Assembly (NCBI GenBank): GCA_045159875.1
Contig: CP067995.1
Location: forward strand, 1,792,001-1,856,000
Length of the DNA: 64,000 bases
Direction: 5' to 3'
From: a cyanobacterium endosymbiont of Rhopalodia gibba
GTDB lineage: Bacteria; Cyanobacteriota; Cyanobacteriia; Cyanobacteriales; Microcystaceae
Made by a program: the position numbers and the translations under genes. Positions 33,942-46,021 of this stretch are shown here, piece by piece. The number at the start of each line of letters is the position of its first letter. Within the stretch, counting starts at the first letter, position 1. The notes below the pieces were generated by a model, which saw only the letters and a list, made by a program, of their open reading frames with translations, was not told the DNA's origin and did not search any database.

Positions 33942-34862
33942 TCACCCTCGATGGTTGTTGTTATAGTGAATTCTCGTTCCAGCCCATTGTAGTTTTTCCC
34001 GTAAAGTTTGATAAAAAGAATAATTTTTTTGAAGAATAATAAATTTGGCCACACATTCAGCCATATGAACCCTTACCCATTGTCCTGGCCAAATCGACGT
34101 AGCTAAAGCTCCATCAGTCCACAACTTAGTATTTAATTCAAAGTCCCCCAAAGACCAAATATCTACTACAGACCGAGGGGGAATAATAATAGGACGACTG
34201 GCCAAACTTAGGGGACAAATGGGAGTAACAGCGATCGCATCCATGCCTGGATGAACAATAGGTCCATTGGCTGAAGCAGTATAACAAGTTGAACCAGTAG
34301 GAGTTGCTACCAATAACCCATCCCCTTGATATTGATCCACCACTTCTCCATCGAGTTCCAATTCTAAAACTGCTGTGGGCATCCGATCAATACTTGCGGG
34401 CTTGACACACATTTCATTGAGACAATAAAACTTTTCACTACTGGGAATTGGGTTGGTCTTATCTCCTTCAAATAAACAAGCTTCTAACATCATGCGTTGT
34501 TGTACCGCATAGCGATCCCCTAACAAACGAGCCCAAACGTTTTCTATATCCTGAAATAACTCAAAGGGTTCGGTGAGAAAGCCTAAATGTCCTCCCACAT
34601 TCACCGCCAAGATAGGAATGTTTTCTGGTGCCAATTGTCGCGCTGCGGCCAATACGGTTCCATCTCCTCCCAAAATGATGGCTAGATCAATTTTTTCGTT
34701 GACAGAAGATAAAAACACAGGGTAGGGATTGTCTTTAATACCACTAGGCCCCATCAAGACTTTACAGTTATGGGCTTCGAGTTCTCGAGCGCAGGTTTGA
34801 GCCCATGATTTACTTTGGGCATCTGCAGCTTTATGAGCAATAATTACTTGTTTAAGTTCCAC
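33942..34862 (-). CDS. nadK: NAD+ kinase
   Basis: LGGDGTVL, GHLGFL, LNE, GDGLLVATPTGSTCY..SANGP. Confidence 0.96.
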   Translation of the reverse strand: MELKQVIIAHKAADAQSKSWAQTCARELEAHNCKVLMGPSGIKDNPYPVFLSSVNEKIDLAIILGGDGTVLAAARQLAPENIPILAVNVGGHLGFLTEPFELFQDIENVWARLLGDRYAVQQRMMLEACLFEGDKTNPIPSSEKFYCLNEMCVKPASIDRMPTAVLELELDGEVVDQYQGDGLLVATPTGSTCYTASANGPIVHPGMDAIAVTPICPLSLASRPIIIPPRSVVDIWSLGDFELNTKLWTDGALATSIWPGQWVRVHMAECVAKFIILQKNYSFYQTLREKLQWAGTRIHYNNNHRG

Positions 34863-35969
34863 GTTAGTTGAGTTTAATTGCTACTTTTTCCCTCAACTTA
34901 ACAGAGGGATTCCTAAACCTTACTTTCCCTATTATTGTATCGAATCAAGTTATCTATGAGATCACTTAGTGCATTAGACTTGCATTAATAACAGATTTTT
35001 ATTAAATAGCTTATGATGATAATAGCGGGTAAAAAGCAAAATATGTCTTTATCAGTTGTTAATAAATCAATATCTTGATTTACCTCTCTAATATTCTTGA
35101 CTTTATAGATATTTTTTGATTTTTAACCAACGGTTTTTAATGGAGTTGAAATCAAGAGAGTAAGAAAATAAAAATACGACCTTTGCTCTTATAGATTCCA
35201 TCAGTTCTTTAACTTTTTATTGTTCTATAATCCGTTAAATTATCTATGGGCACATAGGCTTCTGGCCACAGTGTGTCAGTCTCCCTGTTTTATAACTCAG
35301 AAAAGCTTCTTTATTTGATTTATTATCCCAAAGTAAAAGGGGCTAAAAAAACTGATTTAGCGGGCACTCCAATTAACGTAATATCTACTCCTGGACTATG
35401 AGGGTATTTCCCACAAACCCCTGTTCCTTCAGTTATTCCAACAAAGTGATGAGTTATGTCGAGTGCGTACTCTGGCTTTGTCAATCAAAACTGAATCTGA
35501 AAGTTTTAGTTATCCAGGTATAGTCAAATATTTTTACTCCAAAGTTTAAACCTTATCTGTACAAAACTCTAAAGCATAAAGTGTTTTTTGTGGTCAAGTT
35601 AAGTTTGTGAATAAAATAAAACATAGCAAGGACACTAACTCCAACACTTATTGTCTTATTTGAGTAAGTATATTTTGTATAGTAGCATGGTTGGTTTACA
35701 TTTTAGCAATTATTCGGCACTAATTTTTAAAAATTCTTCTCGACAACAAGACAATAGTTCTATGATTTTAATGAGAATATCTATGGAGTACAGCTTTATT
35801 TTTTGGCACAACTGACATTTTTATATTTTTTTACTTCAACCTATCCAGATAAAAATAACTATAACGCTAAAGTATTCTTTGAGTAGGACTTTTGACAAGA
35901 GGGGTAACTTCATTGCTGACCCCTAATACTATAGAATCAATAAGCTAACACTATCTTTTAATAATTTCA

Positions 35970-37088
35970 GTGCCTTACTCCATTTGTATTACCCTAGGAA
36001 CTCGTCCTGAAGCAATTAAACTTGCTCCCGTGATCAAAAAATTTCGTCAATCGCCGGCGTTTAAGACCCATGTTGTCCTTACAGGACAACATCAGGAAAT
36101 GGTGGAACAGGTGATGAAATTGTTTGAATTTGAATTGGAAGGTGATTACAATCTCAAGATTATGCAGCCACGTCAAACCCTCACTGATATTACCTGCCGC
36201 AGTTTACAAGGGTTAGAAACTATCTTTAAAGAAATCCAACCACAATTAGTCATGGTTCAAGGGGACACCACCACTGCTTTTGCAGCTACATTAGCGGCGT
36301 TTTATCAGCAGATCCCCATTGGACATGTTGAAGCGGGATTACGCACTGATAATATTTATAATCCTTTTCCTGAAGAAGCTAACCGCCGTCTAGTTTCCCA
36401 ACTTGCTCAATTACATTTTGCCCCCACTCAATTAGCTGTAGAAAATCTTAAGCGTTCAGGAGTCACAGGCGAAATTCATCTCACCGGTAATACAGTAATT
36501 GATGCCTTATTAACAGTTGCCAAGAAGCAGCAAACTTTTAACATTGAAGGGTTAGATATTAATAATTATCGATTGTTACTCACAACAGTTCACAGACGAG
36601 AAAATTGGGGTCAACCTTTACAAGATATTCTCACTAGTCTTCGTCTTATTTTAGATAAATATCCTGATACAATCTTATTATTGCCAATGCACCGCAACCC
36701 AGTAGTTAGGGAACCAATTCAAAAAGTATTAAAGGATCATCCAAGAGTTTTTCTAACTGAACCTTTAGGTTATGGAGAATTAGTCGTTGCGATTCAAAAT
36801 TGTTATCTATTATTAACAGATTCAGGCGGATTACAAGAAGAAGCCCCTAGTCTAGGTAAACCCGTTTTAGTATTAAGAGAGACTACTGAACGTCCTGAAG
36901 CTGTTGAAGCTGGAACTGCTAAGTTAGTGGGGACTAATTCTCAGAATATTTTAACAGAAGCGAGTAAATTATTAAGTAGTAAAACTGCTTATAAAAAGAT
37001 GGCTAATGCGATTAATCCTTTTGGTGATGGGAAAGCAAGTGAGCGTATTTTAGAAATCGTACAACGTTATTTAGAAGAAAAGTATTAA
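35970..37088 (+). CDS. wecB: UDP-N-acetylglucosamine 2-epimerase (non-hydrolysing)
   Basis: GTRPEAIKLAP, TGQH, QGDTTT, HVEAGLR, HRRENWG, DSGGLQEEAPSLGKP, NPFGDG. Confidence 0.96.
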   Translation: MPYSICITLGTRPEAIKLAPVIKKFRQSPAFKTHVVLTGQHQEMVEQVMKLFEFELEGDYNLKIMQPRQTLTDITCRSLQGLETIFKEIQPQLVMVQGDTTTAFAATLAAFYQQIPIGHVEAGLRTDNIYNPFPEEANRRLVSQLAQLHFAPTQLAVENLKRSGVTGEIHLTGNTVIDALLTVAKKQQTFNIEGLDINNYRLLLTTVHRRENWGQPLQDILTSLRLILDKYPDTILLLPMHRNPVVREPIQKVLKDHPRVFLTEPLGYGELVVAIQNCYLLLTDSGGLQEEAPSLGKPVLVLRETTERPEAVEAGTAKLVGTNSQNILTEASKLLSSKTAYKKMANAINPFGDGKASERILEIVQRYLEEKY

Positions 37089-37513
37089 CGATTTTACTAA
37101 GCATTAGCTAGGAAATTATTATTAATGTTAATAGTTATTATTTTGTTCTTATTTAAGAATGAGAATATTAGCAATGACAATTATTAATATAGATTAAAGT
37201 AATAGTGTTTAATAAATAGTGAAAAGATAAATTACTTAACCATTCAGTTAGTTTATACAACATCAAATTAATATTGTTCTAACTGAGAATAAATTGATGA
37301 AGGCATCGCCGGGGAACAAACTGCTTATAAAAAATAAAAAAATAACATTATCAATTAAGATAAATTTATAAAATTGCTATGTTATTTTATTTAGCAGAAG
37401 ATATGAAAAATATAAATTACTTTTACTGTAGTACTACACAAACGTGTTAGATTATCCTTCTGATTAGAAGAGAGGTGAGAAGTGATAAAATTATCAAGTA
37501 AGTGCCATCAGTT

Positions 37514-38330
37514 ATGCTAGCATCTCATAGTTATGATTCACACCAACAATTGGTTGAGGCAATAGAAAGAAAACACAAAAAAGTATATGGAGTTTCATTT
37601 AGTTAAAATTAGTCACAATACTTTAGCTTTTTACCTAAAAAAGTAAAATAATCAAAAATTACTCATAAAATATAGGAAATATAGTAAAGTTGAGACCGCA
37701 CAAAAGTTTAAACTCTTTATAAAGAAAGATCATGATTGAACTTAAAAATAGCTCAATTATGGAGAAAATAATGTTTGTAAACAGAATAATAAGTTATAGG
37801 CGCTAGAAGTCATAAATTACTAGAGAAAACTTATGGATATCTAGAAAAGAATAAACTAAAATTAGAAAATTTTCGGACAAAACTATAATCAATATCTAAA
37901 AATAGAAGGGTTTATCTAGATAAATTTTTATTGAATAATAGAGAAAATAATCAATATTGATATTATTCTAAATAATGGAAATGTTGTCCTATGACTTGTA
38001 TTTATTTGTAGGAAGACAAAGCAAAAAATATTTATATTTTTATCTTAAAAAAGTAAAAAATTTTCGCTTTTTAAAACTATTAATTGAAAAAAATAAAGAT
38101 TGATTTAAAGTTTAGTTATCCAATTAATTATCCAAAAAATCGATTACTCTATAAAAACTAGGAGAGATCGTTAAATAATACTAATTTTCAGAAGAAACCC
38201 CCTCATAGAAATGGTAGAAAAAGCTAGAGGTAAACTATGGCAGCTCCCATCTTACCCTCCAAATGTGAACAAAATATAGAATCGGTGGTCTGTTGTAAAA
38301 ACTTTAAGCAAATAAATATTACCTAGATTT
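37514..38330 (+). mobile_element. Fossil IS630-family transposase
   Basis: N-terminal MLASHSYDSHQQLVEAIE (cf. MPAPYSYDLR..AIE); C-terminal EMVEKARGKLWQLPSYPPNVNKI*NRWSVVKT (cf. LPPYSPDLNxIE.WW..K). Heavily decayed; no terminal inverted repeats found. Confidence 0.72.
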
Positions 38331-38835
38331 TAAATAGCTATAGAAGAGGTAAAAAAAAAGAATATAGAAGGGGAATTATATCAAATAAAAACTCATAAAA
38401 TTTAAGAGATAGGTGTAAAGATAAATATGATTTAACTAAAGTAGTAAAATATCGTCTATTCTTGGAATACAATATAGACATAAATAAGTCTATATTGTAG
38501 GTCTGTCTATAAAATAATATAATAATATTTTTATTATTTTAAAATTTAAATAGAATAAAAAAATAGAGAATCTTACCTTATGAAATATCCAAAATTCTTA
38601 TTATTTCCTAACTTAAAACATTGATCGCTATTTTAAAACCTACTATAGACATACAGCTATTAGATACTTTCGTTCTAAAAGGGGTGCCAAAAATAAAGGT
38701 TTTTAAATAAAATAGAGCACGACAGGATACCAAATAATTAAAGTCCGCCTAATGTTTTTGCCACTTCCGAACCAACTCGTTGTTTTTATCCCTATAATCG
38801 AATCAATAATCTTGGACCACTAGACTAGAAGAGCA

Positions 38836-39345
38836 ATGTTATCCGTTCCGGTATTAACGCCCAAATATTCCTTAAAAGTTCTAGAGAGTGTTTTAGCCCT
38901 AATAATAGGAATCTTGACCATTAAAGGGACATCCCTAAACGCGATTGCCCAAACCCCATCCTCCAACAGTCCCCTGACCGTTCGCGCTGATATTCAAGAA
39001 GCCAACTCTGAAACGGGCGTTGTCACCGCTAGGGGTAATGTGCAAATTTTTTATCCCGCCCGCCAAATTCAAGGAACTGCAGCCCAAGCACAATATTTTA
39101 GTCGAGAACGTCGTCTGGTTTTAACAGGTAACGTTTACGTCTTACAAGAAGGCAATAGTATGCGGGCAGAAATTATGACTTATCTCATCGATGAAGGACG
39201 ATTTATTGCCACGCCAGAATCTAGCGAGCAAGTTGAATCTATCTATCTCGTCACTGGAAATGAAGAAGGTCCCCCTGCCCGTGCATCCGTAGCTCCTGCC
39301 CCTCCTTTAAACTCAACCCCTTTACCTCCATTCTTAAATCCCTGA
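38836..39345 (+). CDS. lptA: LptA/OstA family LPS export protein
   Basis: LTVRADIQEAN..VVTARGNV..LVLTGNVYVLQEGN; upstream of lptB. Confidence 0.88.
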   Translation: MLSVPVLTPKYSLKVLESVLALIIGILTIKGTSLNAIAQTPSSNSPLTVRADIQEANSETGVVTARGNVQIFYPARQIQGTAAQAQYFSRERRLVLTGNVYVLQEGNSMRAEIMTYLIDEGRFIATPESSEQVESIYLVTGNEEGPPARASVAPAPPLNSTPLPPFLNP

Positions 39346-39424
39346 TCAGCAATTGATATAGTTGCAATTTTTGATAAGGTGTCTTTTTGAAATTTATAAA
39401 TTAGCGACTTTTGAGTTTAATATA

Positions 39425-40153
39425 ATGACACTCGTTTTAGATAACATTCATAAATCCTATGGAAAACGCTTTGTTGTTAATCGAGTTAACTTACAAGTAG
39501 CCCCTGGAGAGATTGTGGGACTCCTCGGTCCTAATGGAGCGGGCAAAACTACTACCTTTTATATTGCGACAGGGTTAATTCAACCCAATACGGGTAGAGT
39601 GTGGCTTCATCAACGAGACGTTACCACTTTGTCCCTCAATAAAAGAGCGCGGTTAGGAATCGGTTACATGACTCAACAAGCTAGTATTTTCCGCCATTTG
39701 AATGTTCGTGAAAACATTCACTTAGCTCTAGAACAAACTCAAGTTCCTTTTCGCCAACGGGCAAACCGTCTGCATCAACTTATGGAAGAATTTCGTCTTG
39801 AAAAAATTGCCGATACCCAAGGATCTCAAGTCTCTGGGGGGGAACGACGGCGCACAGAACTCGCTAGGGCCTTAGCCGTAGGACTCAATGGACCCGAATT
39901 TCTGTTATTAGATGAACCTTTTGCTGGGGTTGATCCGATCGCAGTTTCGGAAATTCAGACTTTAATCGCCCAATTACGTGATCGCAATATAGGTATTCTG
40001 ATTACCGACCATAATGTCCGAGAAACCCTTGCTATTACTAATCGTGCTTATATCATGCGTGACGGTCAGATTTTAGCTGCTGGTAGTGCTGAAGAACTTT
40101 ATGCCAATGATTTAGTGCGACAGTATTATCTAGGGGAAAACTTCCAATTATAA
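39425..40153 (+). CDS. lptB: LPS export ABC transporter ATP-binding protein
   Basis: GLLGPNGAGKTTTFY, SGGERRRTELARAL, LLDEPFAGVDPIAV, ITDHNVRETL. Start placed at ATG 39425. Confidence 0.95.
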   Translation: MTLVLDNIHKSYGKRFVVNRVNLQVAPGEIVGLLGPNGAGKTTTFYIATGLIQPNTGRVWLHQRDVTTLSLNKRARLGIGYMTQQASIFRHLNVRENIHLALEQTQVPFRQRANRLHQLMEEFRLEKIADTQGSQVSGGERRRTELARALAVGLNGPEFLLLDEPFAGVDPIAVSEIQTLIAQLRDRNIGILITDHNVRETLAITNRAYIMRDGQILAAGSAEELYANDLVRQYYLGENFQL

Positions 40154-40174
40154 CGAAAATAACTTAAAATTACC

Positions 40175-41353
40175 ATGAATATGGGGCAATTTAAATTAAA
40201 AAAGGTTAATTTGGAACTTCCTGGCTTATCCATTATGGATCGCTATCTTTTTATGGAAATTTTATTACCTTTTCTCTTTGGAATGGGGATTTTTACCTCA
40301 TTAGGCATTGCGATCGGAACTTTATTTGATCTGGTGCGCCGTGTCACAGAATCGGGTTTATTGCTTACGGTAGCCCTAAAAATCCTGGCGTTGAAAATGC
40401 CTGGGTTTGTTGTTTTGGCTTTTCCAATGGCCATGTTATTGGCAGCTCTAATGGCTTATAGTCGTCTATCGAGCGATAGTGAATTAATTGCCATGAGAAG
40501 TTTAGGGGTCAGTATTTACCGCTTAGTAATTCCTTCCGTGTTATTTAGCTTAATAGTGACAGTATGTGCCTTTGTAGTGAATGATTGGATTGCCCCAGTA
40601 GCCACTCACGAAGCGGCTGTTACCCTAGAAAAAGCTATTAACCAAGAACGCCCTAATTTTACAGAACGAAATATTGTTTATCCCGAATACCGTACTCTTG
40701 AACAGGAAGATGGGAAAGAAGCAACTATTTTAAGTCGTCTATTCTATGCGGAAGAATTTAATGGGAAACAAATGCGAGGACTGACGATCCTTGATCGTAC
40801 CCAAGAAGGGGTGAACCAAATTGTCACGTCTCAGTCAGCAACATGGAATATTTTGACTAATACCTGGGATTTTTTCAACGGAACAATTTACTTAATTGCC
40901 CCTGATGGTTCCTATCGTAATATTGTCCGGTTTCAACATCAGCAATTGGCTTTACCCCGCGCCCCTTTAGATTTAGCAAATCGTCGTCAAAACTTTACAG
41001 AAATGAGTATTCGTGAGACTAAAGAATATTTAGAAGTTATGAAACTTAGTGGTAATGAAAAACGGGTTCGTAAGGTACAAGTTCGCATCCAAGAAAAGTA
41101 TGCTCTTCCTTTTGTGTGCGTAGTGTTTGGGTTAGTGGGAGCAGCGATAGGAGTTAGACCGCAGAATACCAATCGAGCCACTAGTTTTGGAATTTGTGTT
41201 GGGTTAATTTTTGGATATTATCTTCTTTCTTTTGTTACTAGTTCTTTAGGAATTTGGGGAATTTTTACTCCGTTTCTAGCAGCTTGGACTCCCAATATTT
41301 TAGGACTGAGTGCCGGAGGATTATTACTAGTGCAATCAGCCCGTCTAAGATAG
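40175..41353 (+). CDS. LptF/LptG family permease
   Basis: MDRYL, RLSSDSELIAMRSLGVS, AAWTPN; 3+3 TM layout after lptB. Confidence 0.93.
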   Translation: MNMGQFKLKKVNLELPGLSIMDRYLFMEILLPFLFGMGIFTSLGIAIGTLFDLVRRVTESGLLLTVALKILALKMPGFVVLAFPMAMLLAALMAYSRLSSDSELIAMRSLGVSIYRLVIPSVLFSLIVTVCAFVVNDWIAPVATHEAAVTLEKAINQERPNFTERNIVYPEYRTLEQEDGKEATILSRLFYAEEFNGKQMRGLTILDRTQEGVNQIVTSQSATWNILTNTWDFFNGTIYLIAPDGSYRNIVRFQHQQLALPRAPLDLANRRQNFTEMSIRETKEYLEVMKLSGNEKRVRKVQVRIQEKYALPFVCVVFGLVGAAIGVRPQNTNRATSFGICVGLIFGYYLLSFVTSSLGIWGIFTPFLAAWTPNILGLSAGGLLLVQSARLR

Positions 41354-41773
41354 TTAAAATAGAAAAAAATAGGATATTTAATATTGTTATTAAAGAAAAA
41401 AATAGTGAAGTTTAAAAAGTTTCTTTCCCTTTAGAAGGAGAAACTTTCTAAAAAAATCTTACTTATAGAAAATAATTGCAGATGCCATCAGAGGAAAAAG
41501 AGATAAGTTCTTTCATAAAGAAATAAAAAATGTTTGCTAATTCACTCTCCATAATTAAACTTAGCACCAAAAATATTAGTATTAAGATTAGTATATGAGG
41601 CTTAATTTAATAAGTTTTTTAAAAAACAATTAAGTAATTTAAGATTTAACTTATTTATATCTTTTTAAACTTTTTCTAACTTTTAGGGAAGGGGTTGTAA
41701 TCGTATTTAACTTAAATTAGAGCTATTTACTTAAACAGGTTTAAATCAATAACTAACAGTATTTAATTTGCAA

Positions 41774-42751
41774 TTAAATATTGTTAGCTTGAAAAAGATG
41801 ACCAATTACTTCTTCTAGAGGAGGGTCAGTCACATTAAGATCAATCACTTCAAATCGATCTAAAATATGAGTAATCATAGTGATTAAATTTTCCTGTTTA
41901 ACTAAAAACTTAACTACTTGTCCATCAACGGTTTCAACGTTCTCATAACTAGCTAATTGATCAGTTGAAATAGAGTCAGCTAATTCTACATTTACCTGTC
42001 GATAAGGAGCGAATCTAGTGCAAATTTTCTCTAAATCTCCATCGTAAATTAATCGTCCTTGATGAATCAATAAAACCCGTTTACATAAAGCTGTAATATC
42101 AGCCATATAATGACTGGTTAACAGAATTGTTGCTTGATACTGCCGATTATAATCCCGTAAAAATTTCCTAATCGCAGCTTGAGCATTAACATCTAATCCT
42201 AAAGTCGGTTCATCTAAAAATAATACTTGGGGATAATGTAAAAGAGCGGCTAATAATTCAGCTTTCATCCGTTCTCCTAAAGAAAGTTTACGGACAGGCT
42301 GGGTTAATTTCTCTTCAATTGATAGCATTTGAGACAATTCTTTTAGTCGTTGTTTAAAAATTTTGTCTGGAATTTTATAGACTGCTCCGTTAATCCTTAA
42401 TGAATCTAGTGTAGGTAAATCCCATAATAATTGTTGTTTTTGTCCCATCACTAAACTAGTTTTTTGCAGAAACTGGGGTTGACGACGAAAGGGAATATAC
42501 CCCGCAATTCTTACTTTTCCTTCTGAAGGATGAATTAGTCCAGTAAGCATCTTTAGGGTAGTGGTTTTCCCTGCACCATTAGCTCCAAGAAACCCAACTA
42601 TTTCCCCAGGTTCAATGGTGAATGAGATATCTTTGACAGCTTCTACTTGTCGGTAAGTTCGATTAAAAAAATGGGATAATGTCCCTTTAATTCCAGGCTT
42701 TTTAATAGGAATAGAGTAGATTTTGCCAAGATTTTCGACAATGATTGACAT
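41774..42751 (-). CDS. ABC transporter ATP-binding protein
   Basis: GANGAGKTT, LSLGERMK, LDEPTLGLD, TSH. Confidence 0.92.
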   Translation of the reverse strand: MSIIVENLGKIYSIPIKKPGIKGTLSHFFNRTYRQVEAVKDISFTIEPGEIVGFLGANGAGKTTTLKMLTGLIHPSEGKVRIAGYIPFRRQPQFLQKTSLVMGQKQQLLWDLPTLDSLRINGAVYKIPDKIFKQRLKELSQMLSIEEKLTQPVRKLSLGERMKAELLAALLHYPQVLFLDEPTLGLDVNAQAAIRKFLRDYNRQYQATILLTSHYMADITALCKRVLLIHQGRLIYDGDLEKICTRFAPYRQVNVELADSISTDQLASYENVETVDGQVVKFLVKQENLITMITHILDRFEVIDLNVTDPPLEEVIGHLFQANNI

Positions 42752-42780
42752 TATGCTTAAAATTGATAATTGTTAGATTT

Positions 42781-43767
42781 TTAAGAATATCCATGATTGA
42801 CAAACCAGGTAACAGCATCTTGTAAGGCTTGTTTAACCGATGATTGGGGTAATCCTAATTCCTTGACCGCTTTGGTTCCATCGTAGTACATCGGAAACTG
42901 AGACATTCGTACTTCATCTAATGTTAGAGATGAAGATCTTCCCAGGGAAGCTAAAAGAGATTCTTCGAGCCAAGCGATAGTTAAAGGTAGCCAAAAAGGA
43001 ACAGTTTGCCGGGGAGCATTTAATTGGGTAATGGTAGCTAATTCTTCTAATAGCCTTTTAAGGCTTAAATTTTTGTGTCCCAGGAGGTAACGTTCCCCCG
43101 ATTTCCCTTTTTCTAAGGCTAATAAATGACCCCAGGCAACATCTCGTACGTCAATTAAGTTCAACCCTGTGTCTACATAAGCAGGCATTTGACGGCGTAA
43201 AAATCTCAAGATGATCTTTCCCGTGGGAGTAGGTTTAATATCCCATGGTCCGATGGGGGTACTGGGGTTAACAATGACTATATCTTGACCATTTTGTACA
43301 GCTTTATGAGCCTCTTGTTCAGCCCAATATTTTGATTTTTTGTAGTGACCAACTAATTTCTCTACTGGACTTTGATAACTTTCATTAATGATTTGACCGG
43401 ACTTTCCTACGCCAATGGCGGCGACAGAACTTGTATAAACCGTACGTTCAATTCTAGCTTGACGGGCGGCTTCTAGAATTGAACGAGTTCCCAAAACATT
43501 ACTTTGATAGAGTTGATGGCGATCTTGTTGATAAAAAGAATAGTGAGCTGCAACGTGAAAAAGTATGTGAGTTCCTCGCATTTTTGCAGCTAAGTCGGGA
43601 CTATTCAGATCACCTTCCACCTGTTCAACATCTAGCCCTTTAAGGTTATCTAAACAACTTTTGCGACGCACTAATGCTCGCACTTGATAACCTTTTTGTA
43701 ATAACAACCGAACTAGGTTTGTGCCGACAAATCCTGTTCCTCCTGTAATAAATGCTTTAATTGTCAT
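42781..43767 (-). CDS. hpnA: Hopanoid-associated NAD-dependent epimerase/dehydratase
   Basis: TGGTGFVG, FHVAAHY, YTSSVA, YKKSK, NPSTPIGPWDIKPTPTG, VDTGLN. Confidence 0.85.
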   Translation of the reverse strand: MTIKAFITGGTGFVGTNLVRLLLQKGYQVRALVRRKSCLDNLKGLDVEQVEGDLNSPDLAAKMRGTHILFHVAAHYSFYQQDRHQLYQSNVLGTRSILEAARQARIERTVYTSSVAAIGVGKSGQIINESYQSPVEKLVGHYKKSKYWAEQEAHKAVQNGQDIVIVNPSTPIGPWDIKPTPTGKIILRFLRRQMPAYVDTGLNLIDVRDVAWGHLLALEKGKSGERYLLGHKNLSLKRLLEELATITQLNAPRQTVPFWLPLTIAWLEESLLASLGRSSSLTLDEVRMSQFPMYYDGTKAVKELGLPQSSVKQALQDAVTWFVNHGYS

Positions 43768-44881
43768 TTTTGAAGTAAACTTTTTGTAATTAAATGTATT
43801 TTGACTTGTAATTGCTCAGACAATCATAATCAACGAGAGACTTTTTGTAAACGAAATATTAAGAGAAAATGTGTTAACTAAACTCTTCTTGTTGTATATA
43901 AACTAAAGTTTTTATTATACTGTGACGCACCTTTCATAAAAAAGGTTTTATTTATTCTCCTCAACTAACATCCCTTTCAATTACCTTAAAATTAATTTTA
44001 CAAATAGTCTCTACAAATTTTCTATCAATAGCAGAAAATAATATTTAATAATCCTTATCCAGAATTTTTAAATCTACTACTTATTGAATAATTCTACGAA
44101 CTACCTTTAAGCATTCAGTATTTAACCGATTTTTGGATGCCTGAATTAAAAATAAATTCACATCTTTTAAGAAATGCTCGGTCAGAAAATTAGGATTATC
44201 AAAGTTGCGTTGTTTCATTTATTCTATTTTGTTACTAAAGTGTAGAAGTATATAAAGTACTTCCTCGCAAAATTACCATAAATCTATCAGTGCTGACCCT
44301 TTGATATTCAATGAAACCAAAAATTACTTATAGACCGGCAATTAACTTATTTAACACCTATTTTTAGGACTATTTTATAATGAACTTGCCAATATAATGA
44401 GGATCCAAACTAAAATATTGTAACATTCCTAATCATTGTTATTGTTGAAATTGAATCTCCTTTGCTCATATCATCACTAATAATGTTCTAGCCCTGGCTT
44501 ATAAAATACTATCTGAAACTAGAATTTCTAGGCAATCTGCTCCGCAGATTGTTTTTGTTTCAATCACAATACAATTTTATAAAAAGGAAACGGACTCTGA
44601 AGCTTAAAGTTACTTACCGAACAGTTTTAAAATCTGTTCTCATTAAAATGAGAGTATCTACTATTCGAATTGCCTGTAAACTTATAAAGGTTAATATTGC
44701 ACAAATGTCCTTAGAAGCAATTTAACAGTTTTACTAGATATTTAATTATAATTAATAACAGAAAAAATTACTCATAGAATAAAAGTATGATAATAATTAA
44801 TTCCCCCATAAATTTAATTTCTAACATTGTAATTTTTAAGACTATTTAAATAGTATTTTTTGATTCAAGTTATAAGTTTAT

Positions 44882-45643
44882 TTAAGCGATGTTAGCCTCA
44901 ATTAATATATCAGATATTTTAAAATTTGCAGCTATATTATGTACATCTTCAAGAGCTTCTAATGTATCAATTAATTTTAATAGTGATCTGTATTGACCTA
45001 GATCATTAACTTCTATAAAAGTATTAGGAATCCATCTTAATTCTACTTCAAAAAAAATATTTTTTTTCTCTTTTAAGATTTGAGTTAGAGTGTCTAAATT
45101 AGTAACTTCACTAAAGATTTCAGCTCTCATTTCTTCTTCAGATAATTTGTAGGTGTCCGCTCCTCCTTCGACGGAAGCTTCAAGAAGAAAATCTTCATTG
45201 ACTTCTCCTTCAAGAATGACGACTCCTTTTTGGTCAAACATCCAACTTACACAACCTATTTCTCCTAAATTTCCTCCGTTTTTACTAAAAGCTTCCCTCA
45301 GATCAGCAGCCGTGCGGTTACGATTGTCGGTTAGGGCTTCAATGAGAATAGCCACGCCCCCTAATCCGTAGCCTTCATAACGGATTTCTTCATACATAGA
45401 ATCGCTATTTTCAAAGATTCCTGCCCCTTTAGCAATCGCCCGTTCGATATTTCCATTAGGAATCCCAGCGGCTTTGGCTTTTTCAATTGCAGTCCTAAGT
45501 TGAAAATTAACCGCTGGATCAGGAAGCCCATGTTTTGCTGCTATGATAATGGCACGGGACAATTGGGTAAAAGTTTTACCTTTTTTTTCATCAACTCTTT
45601 CTTTTTGGCGTTTGATATTTGCCCACTTACTATGACCTGCCAT
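44882..45643 (-). CDS. yebC: YebC/PmpR family protein
   Basis: MAGHSKWANIK, YEGYG, TDNRNRT. Confidence 0.96.
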   Translation of the reverse strand: MAGHSKWANIKRQKERVDEKKGKTFTQLSRAIIIAAKHGLPDPAVNFQLRTAIEKAKAAGIPNGNIERAIAKGAGIFENSDSMYEEIRYEGYGLGGVAILIEALTDNRNRTAADLREAFSKNGGNLGEIGCVSWMFDQKGVVILEGEVNEDFLLEASVEGGADTYKLSEEEMRAEIFSEVTNLDTLTQILKEKKNIFFEVELRWIPNTFIEVNDLGQYRSLLKLIDTLEALEDVHNIAANFKISDILIEANIA

Positions 45644-45961
45644 AACTTTTTCAAAAAACTATATATGCTGTCTCATATTACTATATTTTTAAGCAAATTA
45701 TGAACAGTTAATAGTCTGATATATTAATTGCTTAATCTTAATAACTATAATTATATTCATTCAATTAAATTATTAACTAAAGTTGATACTTATTATTTAT
45801 AATAAGTAGTCTTTCCTATTTTTTATAAGAATTGTTAGTTTAGTAAATTCAATAGTATATTTTAATTATTTACGCAATAAATGTAATTTAATGTTGCGGT
45901 TTTATTAATTGATTTTATAAAGTTAAGGTACATGATAATTATATCAAATAAAGGGTTGATA

Positions 45962-46021
45962 TTTTTATAGATATGGTTATTCAATTAATACTTAGACATT
46001 GAATAACCATATCTATAAAAA
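45962..46021. repeat. Inverted repeat, 24-bp perfect arms
   Basis: TTTTTATAGATATGGTTATTCAAT-N12-ATTGAATAACCATATCTATAAAAA. Confidence 0.92.

Noticed and set aside
35200..35520. GC-elevated patch between nadK and wecB
   Set aside because: Probably a gene remnant, but no family recognisable in the frames I translated.
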